64,000 nt of DNA from Octopus sinensis (lineage: Eukaryota): NCBI RefSeq assembly GCF_006345805.1, contig NC_043003.1:108810001-108874000 (forward strand), written 5' to 3'. A program made the translations under genes and the position numbers. Shown here in pieces: positions 12,976 through 25,792 of this stretch (the first letter of the stretch is position 1; every line of letters begins with the position of its first letter). Below the pieces are notes generated by a model that saw nothing but the letters and a program-made list of their open reading frames with translations, did not search any database and was not told where the DNA came from.

Positions 12976-14694
12976 CCATACCCTTTTCACACATACACTT
13001 ATATATTAATGATGTACACTAATACACGACAGGTAATCATAATACTGAAATATGCCTAAAGTAAACACAAGCAGACAAATATATTAATATTACAAATGAA
13101 AAAAAACAACAATATAATCAATGAAAAGACAAGAGAGACAGTACGATGATACATGTTGATTCTATTAGGTATTTCTGTTTATTTAGAAACCTACAATGAA
13201 CAGGTCAGATGCTAAACTCTAAATTTCACAAGATACAATCTTAATGTTGACACCGCTGGGCTAAATGCAGAAAATTTCTATCTCACTATTGGCTAAAAAT
13301 ATATGGTTTTTTTTTTGATTTTTTAAACCTCTGTAACATATTTCTCCAATTTTTTTTTCTCCACAACATTATACCTTTGAAGCAATGAGACTGGAAAGCT
13401 ACATTAATATAACCGCTTTTCAGAATTTTTTACTGTCTTTTAAAAAATACATATTTTGCTAATGAAAAAAACTAGATCCCAGTCTAATTGTCGTTGTAAA
13501 TGACTGATGCTTCCCTTTCTCTATCGCTTCATCCCTTTTCTCTACAGTTAAGAGAGTGAAGGTGCGTGACTCAGTGGTTAGGAGTATTCAGCCCACGATC
13601 GTAAAGTCATGAGTACAATTCCCTGTGGTGTACTGTGTTCTTGAGCAAGGTACTCTACTTTATCTTGCTGCAGTCCACTCAGATCACTGAGTTGTAGCCG
13701 TAATTCAAAGGAGCCAGCCTCGTCCCATTCTGTTTGAGGCTGAATCTCCCCGAGAACTACCTTACGGTGTGCATGTCTGTGGAATACTCAGCCACTTGCG
13801 AGTTAATTTTACAAGCAGACATTTCCATTGATCAGATAAAGAGGAACCTCATTGTCTTAACCGACAAAGTGACAATTTTTGGAAAAGAGAGAAAGGAAAG
13901 GAAATGTTCCCAATCGAAAGGGAAAAGTGTCGTGTTTCATGTAAGCAGTGAAAGCCAAGATGAAATAATTGCTATTCTGCCATGTAGTGACTTTGCCCTT
14001 GACTCATGCTCAGTTTGATAACAACAGCCTGTGCATTGGTGTTTATATGGGGGCTTGGCTTCCGGATCTGTGAGAACCACAAATACTGCTGTCAGGACCA
14101 GATTAACACCCATAGTGACCCTAACAACTAAAAAGATTTTCCTGCCCCAATATAGGATCTTTTTTCATTTTCTTTGAACTACTTGGTTTATCTTGCTCCA
14201 GTCCACTCAGCTGGACACAATGAGTTATAGCTGCAATTCAAAGGGGCCAGCCATGTCATTTTCTGTGTGAGGCTGAGTCTCCCTGAGAACTACGTCAATG
14301 GTATGCATGTCTGTGGAGTACTCAGCCACTTGTGAGTTAATTTTATCCTCGTGTGGTAGTGAAAGTGACATCCAATATTTGCTGTAGTTGTTTAACTTTG
14401 TGTCTATGTATCTATGTATCAATTTTTCTTTCGATCTATGTATCTACTCTCTCTCCCTCTCACTTCCTCTGTCCCTTCCCTCTTCCACTTTTAATTTAAC
14501 AATGAAGGTATTTACGTATCAAATTTTCTTGTGATGTGATAAATATTTAAAAACAGAAAATGAATGCCGTCACCACTCACTGTCCTCCTCTCTCCCACTC
14601 ACTTCTTCCTTTGAAGTAAATGTGACTCATACCACAGGTATGTATGTACAAAAGCAACAAGTTGGTGTATTAATATTATTGGTAATTGTAATCT

Positions 14695-15802
14695 TTTCTA
14701 CTATAGGTACAAGGCCTGAAAATTTGTGGGAGGGACTAAGTTGATTACATCAACTCTAATACTCAACTGTTATTTACCAACCCTGAAAGGATGAAAGTCG
14801 AAGTCAACATTGGCAGCATTTGAACTCAGGATGTGAAGACGAAATACCACCAAGTATTTCGTCTGGCATGCTAACGATTCTACCAGCTAGCCACCTTAAT
14901 TATAATAATAATCCTTTCTACTGAAGGCACAAGGCCTGAAATTTGGGGAGGAGGATGGTTGATTATATCGACCCCCAGTGTTTCACTGGTATTTATTGAC
15001 TCCGAAATGATGACAGGCAAAGACGATCTCGATGGAATATGAACTCAGAACGTAAGAGATGAAATACCACTAAGGATTTTGTCCAGATTGCTAACAATTC
15101 AGCCAGCTCACCGCCTTAATAATAATAATAATAATACTCTCTACTACAGGCACAATGCCTGAAATTTGAGGGAGAGGACTAGTTGATTATATTGACCCCA
15201 GTGTTCAACTGGTACTTATTTCAATAACCCCAAAAGGATGAAAGGCAAAGTTGACCCTGGCTGATTTTGAACTTAGAACATAAGGATGGATGAAATAGCG
15301 CTAAGCATTTTGCCTGGCATGCTAATGATTCTGCCAATTCGCTGCCTTAAAAATTAGCGTCTAAAGCAATACTGGTTTCAAATTTTGGCACAAGGCCACC
15401 ATTTCCTAGGTGGGAGAAAGTCGATTACATCAACCTCAGTGTTCAACTGGTACTTAACCTATCGACCCTAAAAGGGTGAATGACAAAGTTGAGCTTGGTG
15501 GAATTTGAAATCAAATATAAAGACAGATGAAATGGTGCTAGACATTTTGCCTGGCATTCTACCAGTTCACTGCCTTCATAATAATAATAATAATTGCAAA
15601 TCTTGGCACATGGCCAGCATGTTCAAGGGGTGGGTCTAAGCCGATTACACTGACCCCAGTGCTCAACTGGTACTTATTCTATTGACCCTGAAAGGATGAA
15701 AGGCAAAGTCAACCTCAGCAGAATTTCGACTCAGAATGTGTGGAGATGGACAGAACGCCACTTGAGCATCTCACCCAGCTTGCTAATGAGTCAGCTCGCT
15801 CA
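14695..15802 (-). mobile_element. Head-to-tail array of 5 diverged family-A SINEs separated by (AAT)n
   Basis: Five roughly 220-bp units, each with aaggcctgaaa...gattacatc.acccc...gaaaggatgaaaggcaaagt...tttgaactcag...ctgccagct, separated by AAT runs. Confidence 0.85.
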
Positions 15803-15995
15803 ATAGAAATAATAATACAGACCAAGATCTTTCAGTTCTGCCCATCCCATTAACTAAGAAAAAAAGACCTAATCAAAAGATATAATTAAGGAATTGCAAA
15901 AAGTGTAAGATAAAATATAATACATAAATACCAAGATGAAAATTTTTCTTCTAAATTTAACAGAAATCAAACTTAAATTTACTAAAGAGTGTGTG

Positions 15996-16049
<54 letters not shown>

Positions 16050-18394
16050 CATACACACACACACAAACACATTCACAAACATATATACACACACACACAC
16101 ATTTACATATACATACATGCACAATGAAACATGGAAATTTTTATTGAAAGATTTATAAATTTTATGGGAGGGAAGAATTTCCTGTTTCAAAATATTAAAT
16201 TGATAAAAAAAAAATTAAAAAAAAGAGATTGTTGAAAGTAGAAATGTAGTGGAAGAAGAGGGTGTATTGAATATGAAATCGAAATTCAATTAAGACATTA
16301 TTTTATATTGTTTTGAAGTATATTTTCATAAAATTGGATTTTCTTTTTTTTTCTTTTGTTATCACCACCTTGAAATTTAGTTCAATCTTACTGAAACTTT
16401 GTTTGCCATTATTTTAGGGATGGAGAAGGTGTGAATAATAATAATAATAATAATAAAGGAGCCAATCTAATCGACACAATACCCATTTGATGTTAAATTT
16501 AAAAAAGACATTTTAATAAAAAAAATTTTAAATAAGCAGAAATGTTTTGAGAATTTGATGATGTGATTGTTATTTTTAGAATGGCATTTTAGTGTAGGTG
16601 TGAGAGGCCGGATCTGGCAGGTTTGAACATAGAACAGGTGGAATATTTGGGCTGGACATGGCCAGTTTAAAAGTAGTCAGTATTCATTTGGCCATTCATA
16701 TCCTCATGGTTAATAATATACATAAATAATAGAAATAGAATGGGATAAAATTTAGAAAAAAAAATTTTTTTGGGGGGTGGGGGGGGTCTTAATTCATTCT
16801 CCCCATATGAAATCCAAAGAAATTATTACATATGCAGACGTGTGTGTGTGTGTATCAATATGAACTCTGGCAATAACACATGGCTATATTCGAATATGAT
16901 GCTTACATAGACATATATTCTAAGAAAGATAAGAAATGGGAAGGAAAAAGACAGAGAGAAAGTGATGGGGGAGAGAAAGAGGAAGAGTGAATAAAGAGAG
17001 TGTAAGAGAGAGGCAACAAAAGTGAGAAAGTGGAGAAGAGACAGAGAAGAGATGAATAAAGACAGAAAAGAGGAGGTGAGAAAGACAGTGAAAGATAAAT
17101 TTATCAAACAGCTTTCTTCCTTTTTTTTTTAATATATTTTCCCACATTGTTTTTTTTTTTTGCAATCTTTGTGAACAATAATCATACACAGAACATACAT
17201 TGCTTTTTTAACAATACAGCTCCAGCAATAGTTGACAGTGTATCCCAGGGGAGACATGGATGCAGCAGTAATCTATTGTACTTCACATATTTTAGCAACA
17301 ATAATAAAGTTCACACATACATATTTTTTTTTTTCTTTGGCATGGTGAAACAAAGCAGATAAAAAATACAAATAATACAATGTAAATATGGTGTTAAAAA
17401 ATTGCTGCTTTTGGATAGAAAAACTCAAGGCTTTTAAACCCAATATTTATTATAATCTGTTATTTGCAGCTTTATCTGCTTTGGATTTCATAGTTCCAAA
17501 AAAAGATTTTGTGTTCTCTCAAAGTTTCTAAATTCCTATGTTCTTTCATCTTTTACTTGTTTCAGTCACGAGACTGTGGCCATGCTGGGGCACCACCTTG
17601 AAGAATTTTAGTGGAACAAATCGATTCCACTCTTTATATTTATTTTATTTTAAGCCTGGTACTTATTTCTATCAGTCACCTTTTGCTTAGTTATGGGGAT
17701 GTAAATACACCAACACCAGTTGTGAAGCAGTGGTGAAGGACAAACACACACATGATGGGCTTCTTTCAGCTCCCATCTACCAAATCCCACTCACAAGATT
17801 TTGGTCAACCTGAGGTTGTAGTAGAAGACACTTACCCAAGTTGCCATGCAGTGTAACTGAACCTGAAACCATGAGGTTGGAAGACAAATTTCTTAGCACA
17901 CAGCCATGCCTGATGTCAACAATTTACATGAGAAATGAGCATAACTTTTAAGTATGGTTAAATGTGTCTACATCATTTTGATGTTCACTTTTTCATGCTC
18001 ACATGGGTTGAGCAGAGCATGTTGAGGCAAAATTTCTATGGCCAGATGCCCTTCTTGACATCAGCCCACACCTGTTCCTAAATGGTAATGTTTTCCCTTT
18101 GCCAGACAAGTTTTCCAGGAAAATTGGAAATAAAGGGCACCACTTGTAAGATGGTGATGTTCGTTTACAACTAACGAGCAATGTCATGACAAGGAAACAA
18201 ATGTACCGACACAGACACACAAGCTTCTTTATGTTTCCACCAACCAAATCCACTCAGAAGGCTTTGTTTGACCCAGGTTTATTTGGCCAAGGTGACAAGC
18301 AGTAGAACTGAACCAAAGAACATGAGCTTGGGAATCAATACACACACATGTATGCACACATATAATCATTGTTTAATATATATATATATATATA

Positions 18395-18880
18395 CACATC
18401 ATCATTTAATGTCTGCTTTCCATGCTAGCATGGGTTGGATGATTTGACTGAGGTCTGCGAACCAGATGGCTGCACCAGATTCCAATCTGATCTGGCAGAG
18501 TTTCTACAGCTGGATGCCCTTCCTAACACCAACCACTCTGAGAGTGTAGTGAGTGCTTTTACGTGCCACCAGCACGAGGCCCAGTCAGGTGGTACTGGCA
18601 GTAGCCATGCTCAAATGCTGCTTTTTATGTTCCACCTGCACAGGAGCCAGTCCAGTGGCACTGGCAACGACCTCGCTCGAATGTTTTTTCACGTGCCACT
18701 AGCACAAGTGCCAGTAAGGCGATGCAGGTAACGATCATGCTTGAATGGTGTTTTTTTACGGGCCATCAGCAGAGGCCAGCTTGTTGCTCCGGCAATGATC
18801 ATGCTTAGCGCTCCACTAGCACGGATGCCAGTCATCAAATTTGATTTTGCTTTTGATTTCACTTGCCTCAACAGGTCTTC
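18395..18880 (-). mobile_element. Dispersed retroposon with (GAT)n tail, family D here (also about 20460-20690, 45215-45540, 52500-52720)
   Basis: Shared catcatcatttaa.gtccgctttccatgc.agcatgggttgga...ctacagctggatgcccttcctaa.gccaaccac motif in several places. Confidence 0.75.
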
Positions 18881-21527
18881 ACAAGCAGACACACATACAT
18901 ACATATACATACACACATATGCTTCTTATAATATGTTACATTTAGTGATGATGAATTCGTACATGAAAATTTATGCACAAGAAATGTAATGAAACTTGTA
19001 CAGCCCCAACTCCATATAAGTATTCAAAACAGAGTTACTTTCCCACACACAAACAAACGGTCAACAAGTGTACAAAATCACAGATGAATTTTAAGTGTGA
19101 TCTGTTGAATAATTCACAGCAGTTCTGTGTTTGGTGTAGAAACCAAAGTTAATAGAAGTGTGATTAGAGAGTGGGGGGGAGTAGGGTGTTAAAACAAATG
19201 TTATGATTTTAGTTTGATTAAGTGAAATAAGTACAATTTTATACACAGCCTTTATACACCTTGTTTAGTTTCAGCATATTCTTTCTCCTTCAGCCCCTTG
19301 TCCAAATTTTAGTTTAGGACATCACATTATTCTCACTCGGTAACTTAGTAACATTTAGTTTGGTGGATAGCAGCAAAGAAGTAATATGTCACTGCATACA
19401 CATTCAATCACTCTAACACACACACACATATATTTGTGTATGAAATCTATGACATCACTCATGGATGTATTCAAAAGTAATCAAGAAGAGTTTCTTGTCT
19501 TTTCATTCAGAGGCATTTATACAGGCAAACCTCAACTTAATGATCTTTCATGTTACATCTTTTACAGCTTTACGTCTTATTTGTGTTTTTTTCTTTTTTT
19601 TTCTTTCTTTTTGAGAAATTAATGGAAAGGGTAAACCTCGACTTCAGTCAATTTATTTGATTTATTGTCAGTCTCAGAAAACCTATTTAAAAACATAAAA
19701 CTTTAAAAAAAAAAAAACCTCCTAAAAATCAATACTGCGGTGGAAAATTAAAATACATGCGAAAATATGCCCAAACAACGTCATCATCATTATCGCCAAC
19801 ATCATTTAATGATTGTTTTCCATGCTGGTATGGGTAGGACGGTTTGAAAGGAACTGGTAAGACCAGGAGCTGCACCAGGCTTCATTATTTGTTCTGGCAC
19901 AATTTCTACAGCTGGAGGCCCTTCATAATACCAACCACTTTACACACTGTACAGGGTGCTTTTTACATAGCATTAGCACCACACACTATATTATAGGTAC
20001 ACACACACAATATGTGTGCGTGCGTGTGTACACATATACTCAAAGTTCTTTTCAGTGACAAGTATTTCACGTCTCAGAACAGATATCAGCTAATAAATTT
20101 TTTTTTAATGTTTTCTCACATTATTTAAATTTTTTTGAGTTAATTCACATGTTTTGGAATCAATTACCAACATAAGTTGTGCTATGCCTGCAATAGATAT
20201 TTAATCCTAGCTCCTGCTCTTGGCAGAAATTACATCACATAGAGCTTTCTCCAATAAGGTTTTTTCAATGATTCTGGATGCTGGAGTTTTTCAGTGAAGT
20301 CTTGAGAGATTCCTTTACAGATTTTACCAAATAAACCATTCCCCACAAATGTTGATTGGCATATTAGGGGTTTGCCTACTTATGCGTGTGAAGACTGGAT
20401 CCAGTGGACTTTGCAAAAGAAACCTTCATGGTTCAATGGAAGAGAAAGTGGCTACAGCAACATCATCATCATCATCATCATTTAACATCCGCTTTCCATG
20501 CGAGCATGGGTTGGATGAATGACCAAGGGCTGGCAAACCAGATGGCTGCACCAGGCCCCAATCTTGATCTGGCAGAGTTTCTACAGCTGGACGCCCTTCC
20601 TAACACCAACCACTCCGAGACTGTAGTGGGTCCTTTTATGTACCACCGGCATGGGGCCAGTCAGGCGGTACTGGCAACGCATTGTAAAATGGAGAGAGCA
20701 AGGTGTGGCAAGTAAGACATCTTTGTCATCCCCAGCATCTGTCTCTGTTCCCAGTCATCTTGACCTTGTCTTGCCATTGGATTAAAGATGATCACAGACA
20801 AGAAAGTGAGGTTGTTGGTGCACAACCCTTCATTTTAAACAAAGTTACCATGAATGTTATCAGTCATCTCACAGGATGTCCAGATGGTCCTCATTACTCT
20901 GACAGATGGACATGACACACACTCTCTCACCCACACATATTCACACACATTTATGCACTCATATTTTACAGGTTTGGTAGTACAGTAAGGTGCATGGCTT
21001 AGTGGTTGGAGTGTCAGACTCACAATCATGAGGTAGTGAGTTTGATTCCCTGACCGAGAGCAAGACACTTTATTTCACGTTGCTCCAGTTTCACTCAGCT
21101 GTAGAAATGAGTTGCAACATCACTGTTGTTAAGCTATCGGAACTTTCCCTTTGATAACATGGAGAGGGGAGGCTGGTATGCATGGATAACTGCTCGTCTT
21201 CCATAAACAGACTTGTGCCTCAGAGGGTAACTTTCTAGGAGCAATCCCATGGTTATGCATGACTAAAGAGAGCTTTTACTTTTTTTAGTACAGACAAGGT
21301 AAACAGAACTCAAAACCTGAATAAACACCATTTTAAGAAAATTCTTAACTGGCAGAAATTACAAAGTGACTCAAGGACCAAGAACTCTGTGCAGGTGGAA
21401 CTTACCAAATAACAAAGTAACTTTGTAACTTCAGATGATTACCAGAACAAAACATGCATATTTATACAGACATATTATATTTATTTCTGTATTTAAGTAA
21501 ATAAAATTCTTAATGTTTGCTAAATAC

Positions 21528-21599
21528 CTTTTTCAATTTGTTGGCTACGGGTTGTCTTCCAATGTCAAGTTTTTCAGATAATCTCTGAAACTGAGCCTC
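21528..21599 (-). CDS. Internal exon EAQFQRLSEKLDIGRQPVANKLKK of the unidentified minus-strand gene
   Basis: Strong acceptor ttttcattttgcttttctttgtcttttttcAG, 72 nt open only in phase 0, donor AAG|GTATTT. Confidence 0.7.
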
Positions 21600-22720
21600 C
21601 TGAAAAAAGACAAAGAAAAGCAAAATGAAAATATAGATGTATATATATATATACATATATACACACACACACATACACGCATACATACATATCCATAGTC
21701 ATAAGTGCCAAAATTTCTTCAGTCATTCATTTTGTAATCATAATATTTTTAGATTTTTTTTTTATACATATAGTTATTTTCTGTTTGTTGAAAATGTTTT
21801 TCTTTTTCTTTTCCTCATTAGATCGGACAAATCTTATGTCTGAGATTCCAATGCTTAAACTGCAACAGAAGTTAACACCAAACCAACAATAGTACCAAAA
21901 ATATATTTATGTCTGAATAACTTACTTACTTTCACTTACTCACTCATCAATCAACTTCCCCACTTGCACTCCCCCTCTCTGCCACTTGCCCTTCTCTCCC
22001 TATCTCTTTTATATACATGTGTGTGATGTGGGGGGAGGGGGAATTAAGCATAAATTGGATGGTTCTGCAAGCAGATGTTATGTTCTATGTTATTCTTCAA
22101 ACTACAAATCATCATGGTGGTGATGTCTAGTTGCTTAAAAACCCACGTCATCACCAATTGAACAAATTCAAAATCTATTATCAAAAGTGTTCCAGTCATC
22201 GTCATCATGATGTTTTTTATTCAGACATAGAACATCCATGGATCCGAGAAATATTTGGTTGCTGTTTCTGACTGAGATATCATAATCGCAGCCTGTATTC
22301 TTGATGGCTCATGGAGATATGTCTGCTACAATTTAACCCCCAATCACTCGCTACCCCTCAAATGAACAGCCCTATAATTGAAGGTATTCCACTCTTAAGC
22401 AGCCTGTCTTTTTTTCTTGTGTGCAACAAACCCAAGAATACATAATCCAGCAGGCCCGTTTTCTGAAAGATAGTACAATAGTTTGAAGGAGATTTGACTG
22501 CTACTTCTAACACGTTGAGTGTCTACAGGAAAGCAACCTCATTGGTTCATGTACTTATGGTCATTGGAGGTGATGGCAATAAGAATGGAAGTGATGACTG
22601 ATGATAATTGTAGTGGTGATGACAGTGATGATTTTAAATCTATTTCTAATAATAATTACGGAGATGTACTTGCATAGCGAGTGACTTGATCTGAGATCGT
22701 GAGCTGGAACGAAAACAATA

Positions 22721-22874
22721 GCAGCGTGGAAGGTGTTTATAAGCCATTTAAGAAACACACAAAAACCGTTAGATTCACTTCAACATATTTTGACAAATTA
22801 AATTTAAATGTTGAAGTGAATCTAACGGTTTTTGTGTGTTTCTTAAACGGCTATATAAACACCTTCCACGCTGC
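22721..22874. repeat. Near-perfect inverted repeat, 66-67 bp arms with a 21-nt spacer
   Basis: gcagcgtggaaggtgtttat...gattcacttcaacat (22721-22786) versus atgttgaagtgaatc...ataaacaccttccacgctgc (22808-22874). Confidence 0.95.
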
Positions 22875-22956
22875 AATTGTCTAATAATAATATTATGATT
22901 ATAACAATTACTACCATCACCAGCATTTTTACAACAAAGACAATATGGTAAAGCGG

Positions 22957-23529
22957 TAATCAAGGGGGTTGCAGTCTGGGGAGTTAGGTGGCCAAATTAT
23001 TAGGGGTGATGTGGTTGCAGAAATTGTCTGACGGCCATGACTGGGTTCTCCAATTTGTCTGGCATGGCGCAGAGTCCTGTTGCCAGACATAGGGTCTTCC
23101 AGCAGCCACCCTCTTGACCCAGGGCAGTACTACCTCCTCCAGGCACTCGTTGTACGCCTCTGTGTTGGGTCTGAGGCCGTGTAAGAAAATGAATGGAGGC
23201 ATAACGTCGCCATCGCTAGTGATCACTCCAAACACAATGATGCTGACTGGCTGTTTGATTTTTATCATTCTTGGTACATGTTTTGGGGACACAGCAAGGA
23301 AATGGTTGTTCTGTGTGTTCACCATCTGTTTGTACTGGAGCTTGCAGCGTGAATGCCAAGCAGTTGTTTCCAAATTTCTGGCAGAGTGAATTGTATCATG
23401 GTGCTGTATTTCTCACAGACGGTGCCCAACTGACCCTACTATACTGTGTAGTCGACAAAATCAAAAACAAACAGTACACATACGTGAAATTACAAATATA
23501 AAATCCTGACAATTTACCTATCACACCCT
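22957..23529 (-). mobile_element. Internally deleted, 3'-truncated Tc1/mariner transposon (DD37D/maT-like)
   Basis: Translation has VFGVITSDG, WQQDSAPC and WPPNSPDCNPLDY. D-to-D spacing is 37 after correcting one 1-nt insertion. The probable 5' TIR (agggtgtgataggtaaattgtcagg on minus) lies only about 150 bp from the DDE region. Confidence 0.85.
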
Positions 23530-23863
23530 TTGTGTGTGTGTGCACGCAACTTTGACATTGCATGATAGTTGCAAGCAAGTGTCATCATCATGCAAGTGGC
23601 ATCCATTTCCAATCTTCTGTGAAAACATGTCCTGTTACGGGGAAATATGTACATTGGAAATAGGTGAAGGAGGTTAGCAACAAGAACAGCATCTGACCAC
23701 AGAAATCTGCTTCAGCAAACTCCACCCAACATATGCAAACATGGAAAAGCGGGCATCGAAATGATGACAATGATGTTTCTTATAAGCAGAAGGGTCTACT
23801 TAGGTCAAGGAATCATGAACATTTGGTTTCACAAATGAAGATTCTTGAATTCTGTAGGCTTAC

Positions 23864-24331
23864 CGATAGCTGACAAGATCAATATGGAAGAGAGAGGCCC
23901 AGCCACGGTAGCTGACAAGATCAATATGGAAGAGAGAGGCCCAGCCATGGTAGCTGACAAGATCAATATGGAAGAGAGAGGCCCAGCCACGGTAGCTGAC
24001 AAGATCAATATGGAAGAGAGAGGCCCAGCCACGGTAGCTGACAAGATCAATATGGAAGAGAGAGGCCCAGCCACGGTAGCTGACAAGATCAATATGGAAC
24101 AGAGAGGCCCAGCCACGGTAGCTGACAAGATCAATATGGAAGAGAGAAGCCCAGCCACGGTAGCTGACAAGATCAATATGGAAGAGAGAGGCCCAGCCAC
24201 GGTAGCTGACAAGATCAATATGGAACAGAGAGGCCCAGCCACGGTAGCTGACAAGATCAATATGGAACAGAGAGGCCCAGCCACGGTAGCTGACAAGATC
24301 AATATGGAACAGAGAGGCCCAGCCACGGTAG
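23864..24331 (-). CDS. Exon containing 11 tandem in-frame 42-bp units (SYRGWASLFHIDLV)x11
   Basis: Unique acceptor tatggttttgttgtcAG before 24331 and consensus donor CG|GTAAGC after 23864. Length 468 = 11x42+6. Phase 2 to 2 is open, and 2 of the 3 variant sites are synonymous in this frame. Confidence 0.55.
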
Positions 24332-24338
24332 CTGACAA
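23864..24338. repeat. 42-bp minisatellite, 11 copies
   Basis: Unit gtagctgacaagatcaatatggaagagagaggcccagccacg with only three variant positions. Confidence 0.98.
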
Positions 24339-24924
24339 CAAAACCATACATAGCAGTGGTACACTACCCACCCTGCTGGCTTATCGCATTTACAAACATC
24401 ACGGCCCATAATATCAGTTTTTACATCCTGCATAGCAATTTGCGAGACTGAAAATATATAAGAACTATACAGGTAATTTGAAAGAATATGTTTTATTCTA
24501 GTCTATTGTAGCAACATTATATTTACATGAACAGAATAAAACATTTTCCCATGCAAAACCACAATACAATATCTTTCAATAGGAGTATGACTAAGCATAT
24601 AAATGTGTTTGTTCTGTAAAGAATTCTTGTGAAAAAGGCAGGAGTTGTATATGCCAGCAAATATAGTAATTTGTTGATCTCAGAATCAAAGTAATTGAAC
24701 TAGGAGTGAAATTACTAGCTGCTTCTATAGAAAGTTGATGCAGGTAGTTTATCCCATCCCCCTCTGACTTTCATTTCATGCAATTGAAAAAACCCCATTA
24801 TTTATGGAATGACCCAATATATATCAGTTAATTCAAACATGAAAACACAAAGAGAAAACACAACACGGGGACGTGGAACAAATATAGTATTATTGGACGC
24901 TCAGGAAAGAAGGAAAGAAGGAGG

Positions 24925-24959
24925 GTTTAACGTTTCGAGTGGAGCTCTTCGTCAGAAAC
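24925..24959 (-). ncRNA. Minimal type I hammerhead ribozyme motif (Penelope-type) in a roughly 190-bp dispersed element
   Basis: Minus strand GTTT-CTGACGA-A-GAG-CTCCA-CTC-GAAA-CG-TT-AAAC: stem I GTTT/AAAC, core CUGANGA and GAAA, 3-bp stem II, palindromic ACGT stem III. Confidence 0.6.
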
Positions 24960-25792
24960 ATAGGAAAAGGAAAGATCCAAAGAAGGGAAGATGGAGGAAA
25001 AAAAAAAAACACCAACGGTACACACGCGGTCACATGACAGGCTTCTTTCAGTTTTCCTCTACCAAATCTACTCACAAGGTTTTGGTCAGCCCGAGGCTAC
25101 AGCAGAAGGTACTAAAGCAGAAGGTGCTACACAGTAGGACTGAACCTGGAACCATGTGGTTGAGAAGCAAGTTTCTTACCACACAGCCATGCCTGCATGA
25201 TTAATTCAAAGCAATATGAATAAATAAGCATCACATTCGACAGAGTAATCTGAATGCTGAAGAGTTAAATGCGTTCTTCAAATAAAAAAAATCAATCAAT
25301 ATGCAGTAAAATATATATAAAAAAGAAAGAAAAACTCTGGCCTGAGCCATAGTTGTAGCTATGCATTAACTGTTCTTATTTCTCGCTGCTACTTTTCTGC
25401 GAAATTAATGGTCAGTAAAACTGTATAATTGTGATTAAAGTCGATTAAATCAACTGCTTCGTAATTTATAATAGCATTAGATTTTAATTAAAACTTGCTT
25501 TCTAATTTTATCTTAACTTTAAATCACAATGTGAGACATCACATTGCATGAGGTTATCTCAAGTTATTGAGCGCTTCGAAAGGTGTGACAGCAGGTCACT
25601 GAACCTCTTTTTAGTCATTTGGTGATGTCTATCACCTTCATTTGTATTAGTTAAAAACTGCTTACCAAGTTTACAACTCTTAGTTATGATACAATGAACA
25701 TGTATAACACTGTTTCATTTAGCATTTCATTTTATCTAGTTTCAGCTCACGAGCTGTGGCCATGCTGGGGCAACACCATTAAAAGGAATGAA

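Noticed and set aside
20310-20460. Plus-strand frame ILPNKPFPTNVDWHIRGLPTYACEDWIQW...
   Set aside because: No good donor and no recognised homology. It may be a decayed TE.
23864-24338. CRISPR-like array
   Set aside because: Contiguous identical units without unique spacers, eukaryotic context, no cas genes.
23845-24411. 188-aa plus-strand repeat ORF (VADKINMEERGPAT)n and the 180-aa minus-strand ILSATVAGPL frame
   Set aside because: The splice signals bracketing the array are on the minus strand, and all variant sites are non-synonymous in these two frames. The second minus frame cannot be fully excluded.
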